Counted from the whole stretch's first letter, positions 40,218 through 53,129 are shown. The stretch: 63,931 bases of DNA, filler included, from Atractiella rhizophila (GCA_021432655.1; 8 parts of 8 records of this genome joined end to end with filler, not necessarily neighbours in it); one strand, 5' to 3'. The notes: a model not told the origin generated them from the letters alone. Translations and numbers: made by a program.

Positions 40218-41397
40218 ATGTCAACGACCAGCTTGGGCTCATCCTGTGCCACTAATGCTCACGACCCCTCCACTGACCTCTTCAAGCACTTCCCTGGTCC
40301 TGTGAAAGGAATATCACAGCTGCTAGGAGGACTTTCAGCTGCTCCACACTCATCCGCATCTGCTTTGAGTGGCCACATTCATGCGGACGTTCAAATTGGA
40401 GGCCTCCCGCAACAGGGCAGCGATGTAGGAATACTCGGATGCAGAGGTGTGTCTCCCTTTTCAGATAATTCAGAAGAAGGAATGAGTGTGACGAATGGAG
40501 ATACCTACGTTCCCTCGGGTGAGTTAGACTACTCCCCGCCAAATTATCCCGGTCAGGCATTTTACGAACCTCTCCCGCCAACGCCAGCATATGATGGGTC
40601 TTTCTCCAACTGTACAGACACCGATGTCGTGCTTCCAAGCTCGAGACCACTGAAGAGAGGCAGGGAGGAGATGGAGAAGGATTACTATTCACCTCAGGAT
40701 GGAAACAACCTGGAAGCCCGGTATGAGGAGTGGCAGGCTCAGACAGAGGTGGCGTTCACGCCTTCCGCTCTCTTTTCCAACGCGGAGCACATGGCAGCGT
40801 CCGTGTAAGCCTTGTTTCCGTGCCAAAACCCATATTGCCCTCAAAACTTAAGTCCATCTGATCAGGCTCGCAAAAGGCACTGATGACCTCTCTGTCCTCG
40901 ATCCCTCCCTTCAACCTTACTCCTCTCCTACATCCCATCATCTCAGCCCTTCCATGTCCGTCAAACCCGACATATCGACATCGAACTCTGGTTCTCCAGC
41001 TCCACCTCCAGCTCCAGCAAGCGTAATCGAAGAAGAGGTGACTATGACGGCGGTGACAACAACGGGGGAGGAGGAAGCGATAGAAGATGAAGTGCTCCAA
41101 GTGAACGCAAAGCAGTACCATCGGATCCTCAAGCGGCGAGCGACATTGGCGAGATTGCGAGAGCTTGGAAAATTGAAAGAGCAGAGAAAGGTGCGTTTTT
41201 ACTGCACTATCCAATTCTCTTGGTTCACGGATATGTTTTTCTGTTGCCGTTTGCAATAGCCCTACCTGCATGAGAGTAGGCATAAGCACGCCATGTCTCG
41301 ACCTAGAGGTCCCGGAGGGAGGTTTTTGACGGCGGAGGAACTGAAGGCGTTGAAGGAGAAGACAGGACCTGCAGCCAGCGCCAAAGATTCTTCGTGA
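40218..41397 (+). CDS. HAP2: CCAAT-binding factor subunit Hap2/HapB/NF-YA
   Basis: [39 protein letters not shown]; two introns (~40806-40865, ~41191-41259). Confidence 0.93.
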
Positions 41398-41759
41398 TCA
41401 ATGGATTTGTTTTCATTCTCTAGTATTGACTTTCGTTGAAGTTCCTTCGTTTTTGTAATATATGAAGCAAGGTGGAACCATGTTTCATTACTGTACAGTA
41501 CATCATAATGAAGTAGCGAACAATTGTATGCAACGTGTAACTTGAGCAGTCAATCAACAGGCTCCTTCATAAATACCATGTTTCCGACAGTTTGACTGCC
41601 TGAATAACTTGAAATGCCGTCATTCACCTTCATTAGGTTTGGAGACTAAACCTGAGTAATAAAGTCTGCCGCCTTGTTATACTTCCTCTTCTCACTGTCC
41701 TTCGTCTTCGGGCTTTGGTCGAAAATATGAACTTCATTCGGAATGCTCATCCAATCCAC
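41391..41759. repeat. ~370-bp diverged direct repeat, copy 1 (copy 2 at 44009-44383)
   Basis: Alignable throughout (e.g. TCGTTGAAGTTCCTTCGTTTTTGTAAT, CTAAACCTGAGTAATAAAGTCTGCCGCCTTGTTATAC); contains a duplicated 3' end of the alpha/beta hydrolase. Confidence 0.92.
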
Positions 41760-41778
41760 CGCGTTCAGATGCCAGCGG

Positions 41779-43686
41779 TCATTTACAGTAATCCTCCTCG
41801 TCCATATCGTCCAAGAACCAATTCGCCCGAGTCTTGTCTCGGAGTTCTCCTTTCGGAATCCGCATCAACACCTCCAGCTTCACCAGCTCGGCGAGGGACT
41901 TGGCCTTCCTGTAGTCGTCGCTGGGGACCCACGTCTCCGTCTCAAAACCGATCATGCCTCGTATGCTCTGGACGTTCTCGTCGGCCAGCTGCAGCCTCTT
42001 ACTGAACGCCTTCGTCTTGCTCACATCGTCAGGCTCGAACTCGATGGGGCATGGAACGCCTGCCCCCGCAAGCTTCCCCCACTCCTCAGTCGCCTCGACC
42101 AGCAGAGCCTTGAGGTCGTGGGTCTCAGCCTCCCAGGGAGTACCAGCTTGGTAGAAGAGGCGACGGATGAACATAGACGTCGAGTCCGATAGGGCGTCAT
42201 GGCGGAGCTTGTTGAGCTCCTCCGTGGTCTTGGCGTAGTGGAAGTGGACGACACGGGCATGGTGGAGTCCAACGGCTTCCATCAGCTCGGATTCTTCCAT
42301 CTTGTCCGCATCCGATGGAAATGACGGTGGGATGAGGTTCCGCGAGTCCGGGTCATCGTAGTTCTGAAGTCGATCTGGTATACCGGCGAGGAGGAAGCGG
42401 GGCAGGATGGGAGCATGTTGCCAGTCGAGCAGGCCTACAATCTCCAGCTGGCCAGATTCTAGCGAGGTTGACACCATGATGTTGCTCGGCTGGAGATCAG
42501 GATGACGGATACAGAAGTCTCGGAGGGATCGGTTGTTGGGAATGAGCGAAGAGGCTATGAGAAGGTAGAGTTGGAGATTCGTGATGTGGTCCAGAGGCGA
42601 CTGCTTCTCGTACTCGTACGCCTCCCTTCTCCCACGCTGGAACGGGAGCAGAGGTTGACCAAAACGTTCCAGGTACGCTATCTCCTTGCGTGCTGCTGCT
42701 GCGAGTGCTGCCTCTGCGTTTTCGTCTATATAACAATGTCGATCAGTTCCGGAAAGTTCAATGACACGACAACACACACACACACACAGAGAGAGAGTGA
42801 GAGAGACGTACATGGTCCTCGGTTCACATCGAGCTGCGATCTCCTCCCATACCACATATGCAACCTGACATCTGGACCGATACAGAAGTGCTCGCCCTTG
42901 AGCGACATCGGGATGCCCGTCTTCTCCCATGCTAACTTTTCCAAATCGTCGACGTAATAAAGACTTCCACCAGCTGGGAAGGGGATCGACATGATGTGGG
43001 ACTCGAGCTTAACAAGCTGAAGCAAGACGGAGGCGAGATCCGCTTCCTTTAACTGCATCCACAGGTCGGTGAGCTTGGTACCCTTCACAAACTCCATGAA
43101 GATGTACTCGGTCTTTGCAGCGTTGTCCGACGTAGGAGAGTAGCCGTACACCTTGGGAACGGGCAGGTCATGGGCACGGAGGAAGGCCATCGTGGCAACC
43201 TCACTGGCAACGGCGTAGAACTTGGGTTGCGTGACGGGGTAGGGGATGCGAGCGATCATCTGGAACCCGTCGTGCATGGTGATGAGGAAGATGCGGTTAA
43301 AGCCTCCCTCCTCAAGCTTCTCCATGGTGTCGACGTCGTGAAGCGTCCGACCAACGGACTGTGCCGCAAGTCGACGGAGCTCAGCGTCGTCGAACTCATG
43401 CTTGCGCTCTGCGAGACGAAGATCGTTGTTGACGCTGAAAATTGTGTGGCATTAGAGACATGTAATGTAGGCTAGGAGAGCAACATGTATATACAACTCA
43501 CAGCCATGATCCTGACGTGTATTCGAAGAGATTGTGGCGAGAACCTGACATCCTTTGACGACGTGGCAGATGCAGAGATGTTTGAGTGGAGGTGGGGATT
43601 GACGAGGAAAAGGATAGACGTGCTAGACGCAAAGAGGAGAGAGTACTGCTGTGGAGGAGTCTCGTACGCGTTACGGAATACAGCAT
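41779..43686 (-). CDS. APH/AIM9-like phosphotransferase with predicted mitochondrial presequence
   Basis: R/S/L-rich N-terminus, LFEYTSGSWL-VN, EGGFNRIFL, ARIPYP, VASEVATM, EYIFMEFVKG, RHPDLQPSNI, LLDWQH; two introns, one with (AC)n(AG)n microsatellite. Confidence 0.9.
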
Positions 43687-44008
43687 ATAAAGTTGTGCGT
43701 ATACGTGAAGAGAGGGGTTTGGAAGGGATCAAGAGTGAGAAGATGTCCATCAGTAAAATGTCACATTTCATCCATCGCAGTCCCGGGTCTCGCGAGGCCT
43801 GGAGGGAAACCCCCCTATAGGAGGGCCAAGACCTGTGAACGGAGGCACAGAAACTTCATGTCCTCCTCTGCCTCCCTGCCTCCGCGCTGCTCCTTGAGTT
43901 TCATGCTTTTGTCCAGATGATTATCACCATATAAGCATCCTCGGTCCAATAATTGCACCATTCGCTTCTATCCTTTGCCCAAAGCCCTGCTACCAAGTAA
44001 GATAAATA

Positions 44009-44383
44009 TTCGTGATCATTGGATTTGTTTCATCTTTCCCCCCAGTTTTGAGTCTCGTTGAAGTTCCTTCGTTTTTGTAATGTATGAATCAAGGTGGAAC
44101 CATGTTTCATTACTGTACGATACATCATAATGAAGTAGTGAGCAATTGTATGCGACACGTACATTGAGCAGTCGCTACTTTTCGTAAATACCATGTTTCC
44201 ACCAGTTTGACTTTCTGAATAACTTGAAATGCCGCCAGTCACACTCATTAGGTTTGGAGGCTAAACCTGAGTAATAAAGTCTGCCGCCTTGTTATACATC
44301 TCCCACTTCCTTTTCTGACTGTCCTTTGTCTTCGGGCTTTGGTCGAAAATATGAGCTTCATTCGGAATGCTCATCCAGTCCAC
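44009..44383. repeat. ~370-bp diverged direct repeat, copy 2
   Basis: Matches 41391-41759; this copy carries the intact hydrolase C-terminus. Confidence 0.92.
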
Positions 44384-44612
44384 ACTTCTACCTCCGTTTC
44401 TAAGTTTCTCAACAAGCAATCTGTTCGCTTCCCAAAGATTGTCTACAGTCACTTTTTTCAGTGTGATCGTAACAGTGAAATACCAACACACCAGCTTCAC
44501 CGCAGATAATCATGGTTCTCTTGGGCCACCTTTCCGCGTCTGCATAAAACGGAGAAATCTTTGTGTCTCTCTTATTAACAGTAGAATCTTGAAGCAGACA
44601 ATCGTAATAGAA
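44261..44612 (-). CDS. Alpha/beta hydrolase (HSL/abhydrolase_3-like), 3' part only
   Basis: RFLRFMQT, TVDNLWEAN..LVEKL..IPNEAHIFDQSP..MYNKAADFITQV*, with catalytic Asp/His-type spacing. Confidence 0.68.
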
Positions 44613-44890
44613 NNNNNNNNNNNNNNNNNNNNNNNNNNNNNNNNNNNNNNNNNNNNTTAATTAATTAANNNNNNNNNNNNNNNNNNNNNNNNNNNNNNNN
44701 NNNNNNNNNNNNACAGAGAGATCCCTGTGGCAAAAGATTGGCCACAGTTCCAGAAAGTGCTCGAAGGAAACGAAACGCGCAAGTGCGCAAGTGGCGAAAG
44801 GAGGAGGCGCACGATTCTGTCAATAACTTCACCTGCAAATACGAGTCACAAAAGCGGTGGGACTCGCACTGCAGGGGTCTTGCATATTTG

Positions 44891-45200
44891 TGAGAAAATA
44901 TCACCGTAGCCCGTCACCGTTCCTTGAGCCAATTATCAAGCAATAGAAGAAAAGGGAAAGGGAAAAATTCACAAGAGCAAAATGACGTAGAATGTGAGAA
45001 ATGGGAATGCGCAAATGTCCATCAAACCCCTCCTCGCATTCATATTTCATGCATCTTTCACTCATTTGTCATCCCAATTTTACTCATTGCTCCTTCCAAC
45101 TTCATCTTGCTTACTCCCTTTGTAAGGATATCTGCTGGAAGTTCCTTCGTATCCATGTGTTGAAGTTCGATTTTTCGATTAGAGACACATCACGTGTATA
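44891..45200 (-). mobile_element. 3' end of decayed copia: RNase H tail, PPT and start of 3' LTR
   Basis: YTR..HMDTKELPADILTKGVSKMKLEGAMSKIGMTNE*, then GCGAGGAGGGGTT and TGATGG LTR start at 45024; far LTR end (44891) is a guess. Confidence 0.85.
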
Positions 45201-45712
45201 CCGTACCGTTTCGAATGGATTGGAGGGTCATGCGTCATGATGGACCTTTCCGCTCCAAAAATTGCCCTGTAGTCACGCGTAACGCAGGCAAGTTTCCATT
45301 AAAACAGTGTCACGCGCTGCGGCAAGATCAAGCGGAACCGACGCGCGAAACCGATAGAGCGGAGCCGGCAAGGTGAACGGGAAGAACGCCTTGCCTGTCA
45401 AGGCAGCTGCAGTTTGTCCACCCATCAACATCCTTAGCATTTAAAGCGACCACCTACCAGCTAGCACCATGGCACCAGCTGCCACCCCCCAAGCCAACCT
45501 TCCTACACTTTGAGAATGTTTTGATTCCTCATGAATAATATTGATGTGCTAGGAGCAACGGACGTCTCAACAAACGAGTGTGTCTGTGTCATTTGATGAT
45601 TGGTGTGGGCCACTTTTGTTTCGTATCTATGGAGTGGCCGTAGATACTGTTCCTGCCACATGGTTAGTACTGAAATTCATGAAGATTGCACACACCACTT
45701 TCCATCCTTGCT

Positions 45713-47993
45713 TTATACAACCTTCTTCTGCTTCTTGTTCAGTGTAGTGTGTATGACAAGGTGATCTGCAAAGACCCGCCTCTTCTTTGATCTTTTTCCC
45801 TTTCCCATTGTGTCACCGTTAAGGATGTTGAATGCCGGTAGGGCCGTCGATGATGATTTCCAGAGTTCCCTTGCATTTTCTGTTGTACCATTGATTCTTT
45901 CGTGAGATTCCTCTTCCCAGATGTCACCTTGATCATCAATGAATGAATATGGGACTGGGTTGTCTTCTTTCCACTTGCCATCATGGAGCCTAAAGCACGG
46001 TCCATCTTCTTCCACAGTGGTCCCTTCAGCCATTAATTCCATCTCGCATTTCATGACAGCCCCAATAGGTACATCAATGTCATAGTCCCTCTCTGCGGCT
46101 TCATCTTCATTTGCCGCTTCTTCCCCTGCTTGCTCCTCGACATCCCCCTTTCCTCCTCCTCCTCTTTGTCTAATCCCCACTTGCCTCCCTGCTTGCTGCC
46201 TCCAGGATTAAGCCAGACTCGATTATGGAGGTTAGGATTGAGGGAGCGGAGGGCCTTAAGTGCCTTATCTGCTTCCAAGCTTTCTAGGCATTCATAGGAG
46301 AGATTGAGCTTGAGGAAAGGATAGTCGATGTCACAACGCGTCCAGGCAGACTTGACAAAGGCTTCTTCATGCGATAGAGCTTTGTATGCATCTGCAAGCC
46401 ACCCCATTGAGCTGTCTCGCAGGAACGGCAATTTCGTATTAAGCTTGATGAGTTCTGCGCCTAGATTCTGCAACTTGCGCAGCACTTCTTCGGTCCTGTG
46501 ACGTTGTCCTGCTTGACTCCAAGCATGCTTTAGAGCTCTATTGAGACCGACATCTGCTGGCTGATAGAGGGAAGTACAGTTGCCCGGAACAAACATAATG
46601 ATGACGTGAGGGTGAGTTTCCATCATCCATGTTAAAAATTCTTGACTTCGATGAACAGAATAAACGTTGATGTACAGGATGACACATTGACAAGTGGGGA
46701 GACCATGTTCTGCCTTCTGAGACTCAATGAAGGGGTCAAATATCCTAGTGACACACTCCTTAAATGTCCAAATGGTGGTAGAATAACTTGTTCCTCCACT
46801 GAATGAATGCACAAAGCCAAGGCCAAGTGACCTTTGGACTGCTGAGTGTGAAGCTTTCGATGTAGATGCGCTTGTTGTTCCAGACCAGACTGTCTGGAAA
46901 GGGAAAAGCTTTCCTGATAAAGAACAGCCAATAAGCATGGTAAATGCTCGCTTCTCCTCTTTTCCTATCAATGGAACAGTCTTGCTCCCCTTCTCCTCCC
47001 ACGTTGTTTTAGGTCCTGGTTGCAGAATCATGTTGGCTTCATCAACATTGACAATGACAGAGTCCGGAATGTGATGATACTGTTTAGCAGCGGTTAACCG
47101 ACAAAATACCTCCAATCCCAATTCAGAGGCATTGTCAGGAATCTTCTGCGCAGCCTTTGTTCCTGCTCTTATTGTCCAGTTGAGAGATTGGAGAAGGAAT
47201 TTCCACGTCCAGGATTCAGAGACGCTAAACTGATCGCCAGTTGGATTGATAGGGATATTGAAAATGTCTGGTGCATGCTGTTGGATAAAGGCTGTGGTCA
47301 GGGCTTTAGCAGTCAACGTTTTGATCGCCTCTCCTGTCTTGTGGATGGCTCGTAGCTGAGATTTGATGTCGTCGTGCAGTTTTCCATGTTTGTTGAGCAC
47401 TGCCGGCTGTCCTGAAGACCCTCTCACTACCCAAGCATCCTCCACGAGCCTCATGTTCCTTTCGCTCCATCTCCATCTCCCGGTCACATCTTTCTCCACC
47501 CAACTGTAGAGAGTTGATTGTGCTAGGAGGTGATATGTTGGAAGAAGGGTAAAGTGGGTCAGCATGCTTTGTAAGTTAAACTGAGTGCGGTTCGTGTAAT
47601 CCTCAATTGTCGGCGAAATAGTTGGGGCATGCCAGTTTATCCTCTTAGCAGATTGATGTGCTTTGTCTTTTTTCTCCCTGCAGCACTCTTCTTTGGTCGA
47701 ATGTCGAATCAAGTCCAAAGTATGTTTTGGTCATGAAGCACTTGGTGAAATATTGGCAGAAGACATGCGAGGTGGAAGAAGTGGGAGCGGCTTGCAAATG
47801 AGTTTGAGGGTTTCTGGATCTCTTCTTCCAGCAAGAGCTTCGTCCTCATAGATCTTCTTTCGATGCCTTTGCTGTCAGCTTGGGATTGCTGCCTCTTCAT
47901 TTTCTTTTCGTCCTCTTCCTTTGCTAGGCTTACTAGCTTGTGCTCTTGTAGCCATATCTCCGTAAGGTCTCTCTCTGCGAAACTCCTTTGCAA
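45713..47993 (-). pseudogene. DDE_1 (pogo/CENP-B-like) transposase, frameshifted, second catalytic Asp changed to Asn
   Basis: WTIRAGTKAAQKIP, VNVDEAN, EEKRAFT, PFQTVWSG, YINVYSVH, FVPGNCTSLYQPADVGLNRALKH. Confidence 0.88.
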
Positions 47994-48593
47994 CTCTTGC
48001 TCCTCCAGTTCCCCAGTCCGATATTCATCACATAACCAGCGAATTGATCAATGTAGGCTTAGCAAGCACAACTTGTTTCAAGCTCGGAGGTGTAGGTGGC
48101 CGTAGAAGGGTTTCAGAGATTGGATGCATGCATGTTCTGTTGGGAGGAGGAAGAGGGACTGCTTCAGAAATACTGATAGATGTCGTCATCTGGACACAAG
48201 TATATGTTCTATTCCCCTTCAATGGCTACAGAACTCATTTAACAAGATTCTGTGGAAGAAATTACCATACATTTTTCAATTCCTGTCGTGTTGGCCAATT
48301 CGGCAGATTTTCTAGTGCGTACTGGAATGCTGCACCCTCTGACTCTGAACATCTGATGCGGAAACTCAAGCCCAGAGGGATGATCTTGAGCATATTGGGT
48401 TCTGTGAGCAGTTGGAGTCTGCAAGAGAAATAGTGGTTTGGAGCGTCCGGTATGGATTCAATAGTATCAAGACCTGAAGGTTCGCACTACACACTTGGTA
48501 AATTTCTATATTTCCGTAACTATTGAAAGACTAACCGGTGTCGTGCTATATCGCTCCATCATGTCAAGTATTTGGATGCGGACTTTGTTCATC

Positions 48594-49525
48594 TCATTTA
48601 AGCTTGCTAATTGGATAGTCATTGGACAAAAACAAGTGCGAAAGAGAATTCAAAACTAGAGGTCCGCACGAAGATGAATCTTCTTGTTTACAGATTTTTA
48701 AGCTAGAAAAGTCAACTGTCCAATAAGAATTGGGAAGGAAATGCATGATCCAAGCCATTGAAGCATCAATATCTTTGTTTGGAAGAGAAGGTTGATGGCA
48801 AGTAAGAGAATTTGCAAAGAAAACATGCCGCTGAGATACTGAAAAGCAGCCATGTATCCAATGTTGATTTTTCAGGCTCTCATTCATCGGAAGTACTAGA
48901 AAGTCACATTTTTTGTCTAGAAGTAAATGTCCGTAGAACTTAGGAATTCCTTCAAAAGTATTATCAAAACCCGAATAAGAATTAACTGTGTACCAGATTG
49001 TAGTCCAAAGCATGGTCGGAGCAATTTGACAGAGACCATAATGAGGATTCTGAAGTAAGGCAGCAGGGTTAAGAACTTCAAAAAAAGCACCAATAACACA
49101 ATCATTGATCCATTCATTGCTTGCCAATAATGAAGCATCATGGAGTCGAAAATCTGTGAAACCCGAAACCCAGGAATAATACCAAGAGACGGAAAAGAAT
49201 TCAACACACGAGATAAATCCTCCTGGCAAGGAGCAGACACACTAGTTTGAAGTGAATCTCTCCATTTTAGACTCCTTTTTATTACCTTTGCCATTGTATA
49301 AGGGCCATGCCCATATCTGGCCCCTGATCCTCCCTGAAGTTTCCACCAAATTGCTGGTAACCAAAGAGGATATCGCTCCAGGCAATCTCCAACCAGAACG
49401 AACTTCTTCCCCTCAAAAAAAGCTGTTGCAACTTCATTGTGAAGATGTTCCCAATCTGCTGAATCTTGTAAGTGACGGACTGGAAAGGTTGACAGGTTTT
49501 GTGGAGCTGATGGAATGCATGTCAA
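48594..49525 (-). pseudogene. Ulp1/peptidase C48-like domain within the transposon, frameshifted
   Basis: LASNEWINDCVI, LVLPMN..QHW, FANSL, KQEDSSSCG catalytic motifs. Confidence 0.82.
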
Positions 49526-49915
49526 GGGATAGTTTGAGAACTGAAGTGTTGTTGATTCATATGGGAGTAGATTCGGAGAGGATTGAGGACAGCAATGGTA
49601 AAAGAGGTTGGAGGAAAGAGAGCTGTTTCAATTGTGGGAGGTATGAGAAAGGTTGCTTGAGTCGAAGAGTTAGTGAGTGACATAGTGGAAGCCTCCAAGT
49701 GGACGGAGCAGTGAAAAAAACAAATTAGGAACTTGGAACCTGTACCTATTCTATTTATCTGGGATTAACTGATTAAAATATGGAACTTTACCGTGTTCCT
49801 GAACCTTGACAGGCTGTCACACCATCCACTTAGCAATTGCAATTAAGAAGAAATTCCAATTGTATTGTTTTCTATCACGCTGTGAAGGCATTCTAGTTCA
49901 TTCGAAATAGTACAG

Positions 49916-52628
49916 TATTGGAATAGGACATCAATATGGTTGGTTTGTTGTCTGAAGATGAGGTTGTTGGCAAGTTGATGAGAACCAAGGTTGTTGCCGT
50001 AGATAGTGATGGGAGAAGCGAGAGGGATTTGGAGATCCTTGAAGAGATCCCCGATCCACGATGCTTCTCTTGTGGCTGACGACAATGCAACGTATTTGGC
50101 CTCCGTTGATGACAACGTAACTAGAGATTGTTTCTTGCTCTTCCAAATTACCGCTCCTCCAGCACGGAGGAAGAGCGTTCCCGAAATGGACCTTCGATCA
50201 TGGCTGGCAGTGAAATCGGAATCGGAATAGCCAACAAGGTCTTTCACCCCCATTTGGTATTGAGTTTTGCATCGCTAGCTCCCTGAAGGTAACAAAATAG
50301 CCTTTACACAGCTTGCCAATGGTGCAGAAGAGGAGTTTCACTAAATTGTGCAACTTGAGTAACAGCGTATCCGATATCAGGATGGGTTGCAATCATGATG
50401 TACATCAAGCATCCTATTGCTTCTCGATATCGACCTTCCCAAGCCTTCGGTACGACGCTTGCGCGATCCCCGCTTTCTTCCTCACCCTCCGGTATAAGTT
50501 TCCCATCAGCCTCAAAATGAATCACGACTGGCTTGCAATTTTCCATTCCAAACCTCTGCAAAAGACGCTCAATGCAGGCTTTTTGATTGACGGAGATGGT
50601 GGAAGGGGTTTGGGTAATGCGAATGCCCAAGAATTGGTGAGCCGGGTTCAGATCTCGCAGCTTGTAGTACTTTCTGGGTCCTTCCTTCACAGCTTCCACC
50701 TCGTTTTTGCTTTCTGCAAAAATCAGCATGTCGTCTACGTATATTGCAACTATTGAGTATTCTCCTGTCTTTTCATTCTTTCGCATGTAAATCGTGGCAG
50801 AAACCCAGGCCCCCAAATCTTCGTTTGCTCCTTCGTTCCAAAAGCGACCACTTTGGTGCAGACCGTACACTGCTTTCGTAACCTCAAGCACCCAATCTGG
50901 ATGATCAGGATCTTCCCATCCTTTCGGTGGCCTTAGGTATACTGGTTCATCCAGCATTCCATAGAGGTAAGCTGTTGATATGTCAACCATGTGTACAAGC
51001 CATTGATCTGATGCTGCAAGGGATGGGAGGGGTTGGAACGATGGCATTGAGAGGACGGGCGAGAAAGTCATGCCATAATCGATTCCTTCTCATTGGGTGA
51101 AACCTGGAGCCAGACGTACGCACGGAAATGAACGGTTTCACCATTCTGACCCACCTTCTCCTTCAAAACCCACTTTGAATGAATGATGGTTGTATTTGGA
51201 GGCGGTGGAACCATTTTCATGACCCCTCTCTCTCTCCAGGACTCTTTTTCCTCATCACATGCTCTCTGCCACTCTGCAGCATTCACCCCTGCCATTGCTT
51301 CTTCATATGTTGGTTCAAGATTGCATTCAACAACGGTAACATGAGCGACAGTTTTGGAGACGGGGTTTCTGCTGAAGTATTTCGTCCTCATTTCTTGTTG
51401 GGCTTCTGCAAGAGTGCACCGAGTGCGTTAGGGTGATCATGAGGTGGAGCCTGTTCTTACTTTGACTTGTATGTGCTTCCACAGGCTCCGCTTTCTCCCC
51501 CTCTTTCCCTGATTCTCCCCCTTGAACTACAGCTTCCAGTTCACTTTCTTCTGGTGGAGGAAGCTCATCAGTCTCGTTAGGAGCCATCATGGGTATCCGA
51601 AGAAGGGTAGGTGGGTATGTCTCATCGAATTGACCGTGGAGAGGCTTTGTTACTGACCCATTCTTTGGGTTATAGACTCGTAAGGTCTTGCTCTCTTAAT
51701 CATATCCAACCGATCTCCCTTCCGTCGACCTTTCGTCGAGTTTCTGTCGAATTGGTTCTGGAGGGACTAAACTATACGTTCTACAGCCTAATACACGAAG
51801 GTGTTCAACTGACGGCTTCTTTCCGGTCCAGGCTTCAGAAGGTGTCTTTTCCTCGAGTGTGGAAGTAGGGCACCTGTTGATGATACTGACTGCGGAGACA
51901 GCAAGCTCTCCCCACATCTTCTTCGGAAGGTCAGAGGTGTGGAGGGTCGAACGGATGATGTTTGCTATGGCGAGATTCAATCGTTCGGCAACTCCATTTT
52001 GCTGAAGAGTATACAAAGCAGTGAATTCATGTTTGATACCATGAGATTAAGGTATGTTTGGAATTCATTCTCGTATACTCTCCACCATTATCTGACCTGA
52101 TTGCTTTGATCTTCCTACCAATCTCCACCTCCACTCTCGCCTTAAACTCCTTGAACACCGCAAACGCCTCCGACTTCTGCTTCAGTAAGTACACCCATCT
52201 TCGCCTCATCGTATCATCGGTGAAGCTAACCCATTATTCAGCTCCACTGCTTGATTTCACAGGCCTAGGACCCCACATGTCGGAATGAACGAGTTCCAGG
52301 CGTTCCGCCACTCATTTTGCGGGTCCAGAAGGAAATGGAAGCGTCCTCTGGCTTCCAAGAAGACAACCAGCGCAGGGTGAGTGATGATCGTCCTTTCCAA
52401 TATCGAGGGCATTGACCATCTTCTTCTCATGCAGCATTCTGAGGTTCTGCATCCCAAGATGACCAAGGCGACAATGCCAGATGTATGAAGAGGCAGGTTT
52501 TGTGACCATAGTGAGGTTCGTACTCATTTCCTTCCTGTCTGGTTTAACTACTGATGCTTTCAATTTTCGCAAATCCCCTTCAGGCTCAATCTCCACCACA
52601 ACACTTCCATCAGCTTTCACAATCATTC
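49916..52628 (-). mobile_element. Decayed Ty1/copia pol (INT-RT-RH), 5'-truncated
   Basis: WHCRLGH, RSDNGGEY, QQNGVAER, KAVYGLHQSGR, YVDD, YSDSDF; multiple stops and frameshifts; clearly homologous to the element at 27798-32453. Confidence 0.95.
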
Positions 52629-53129
52629 TGTAAGGATCTAAGGCTGGTGGTCAATAATGAGACATTAGAGAAGATAGAGAGACATACCTAGGAGTAGTTT
52701 ATGGTCAATAATGAGCACCAATACTCCTAGGCAGAACTAACCCATAAGAGTCATAAGAGGCAGATGACCAACACAACACACTACAACAGGCTCTCATACT
52801 CGAAAATACCCATTTATAGGTTATTCCTTTGCAGCAAAAGGACGGGAGTTCTGGGATCTTGTTGGAAAGAAGGTCTACATTCGAGATGTTGCCAGATTTG
52901 ATGAGAGAGAGATGCTCCGCAAGGTCAGGAAGGAGAAGATTATGTGGGAAGAGCCACAAGGACAGCTTGATCAGTGGAAGAAGGATCAGGATCAGGTTGG
53001 AGATGGACAGAATAATGCTCCAGCCGCTCCTCCCACCAGGGTTTCCCTAGACGATGATGATGAAGAAGAAGAAGGATGGATTCGACAGCCAGGAGCACTG
53101 GAATGAAGGGTGCCGAGATGCTGAATCGA

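Larger units (their letters stand above)
45201..49915 (-). mobile_element. 4715-bp pogo/Tc1-mariner-type TIR transposon carrying Ulp1-like protease and DDE transposase, nested in copia
   Basis: TA on both flanks (45199-45200, 49916-49917); TIR CCGTACCGTTTCGAATG vs CTGTACTATTTCGAATG; removal restores copia FQ-YTR codons. Confidence 0.92.
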
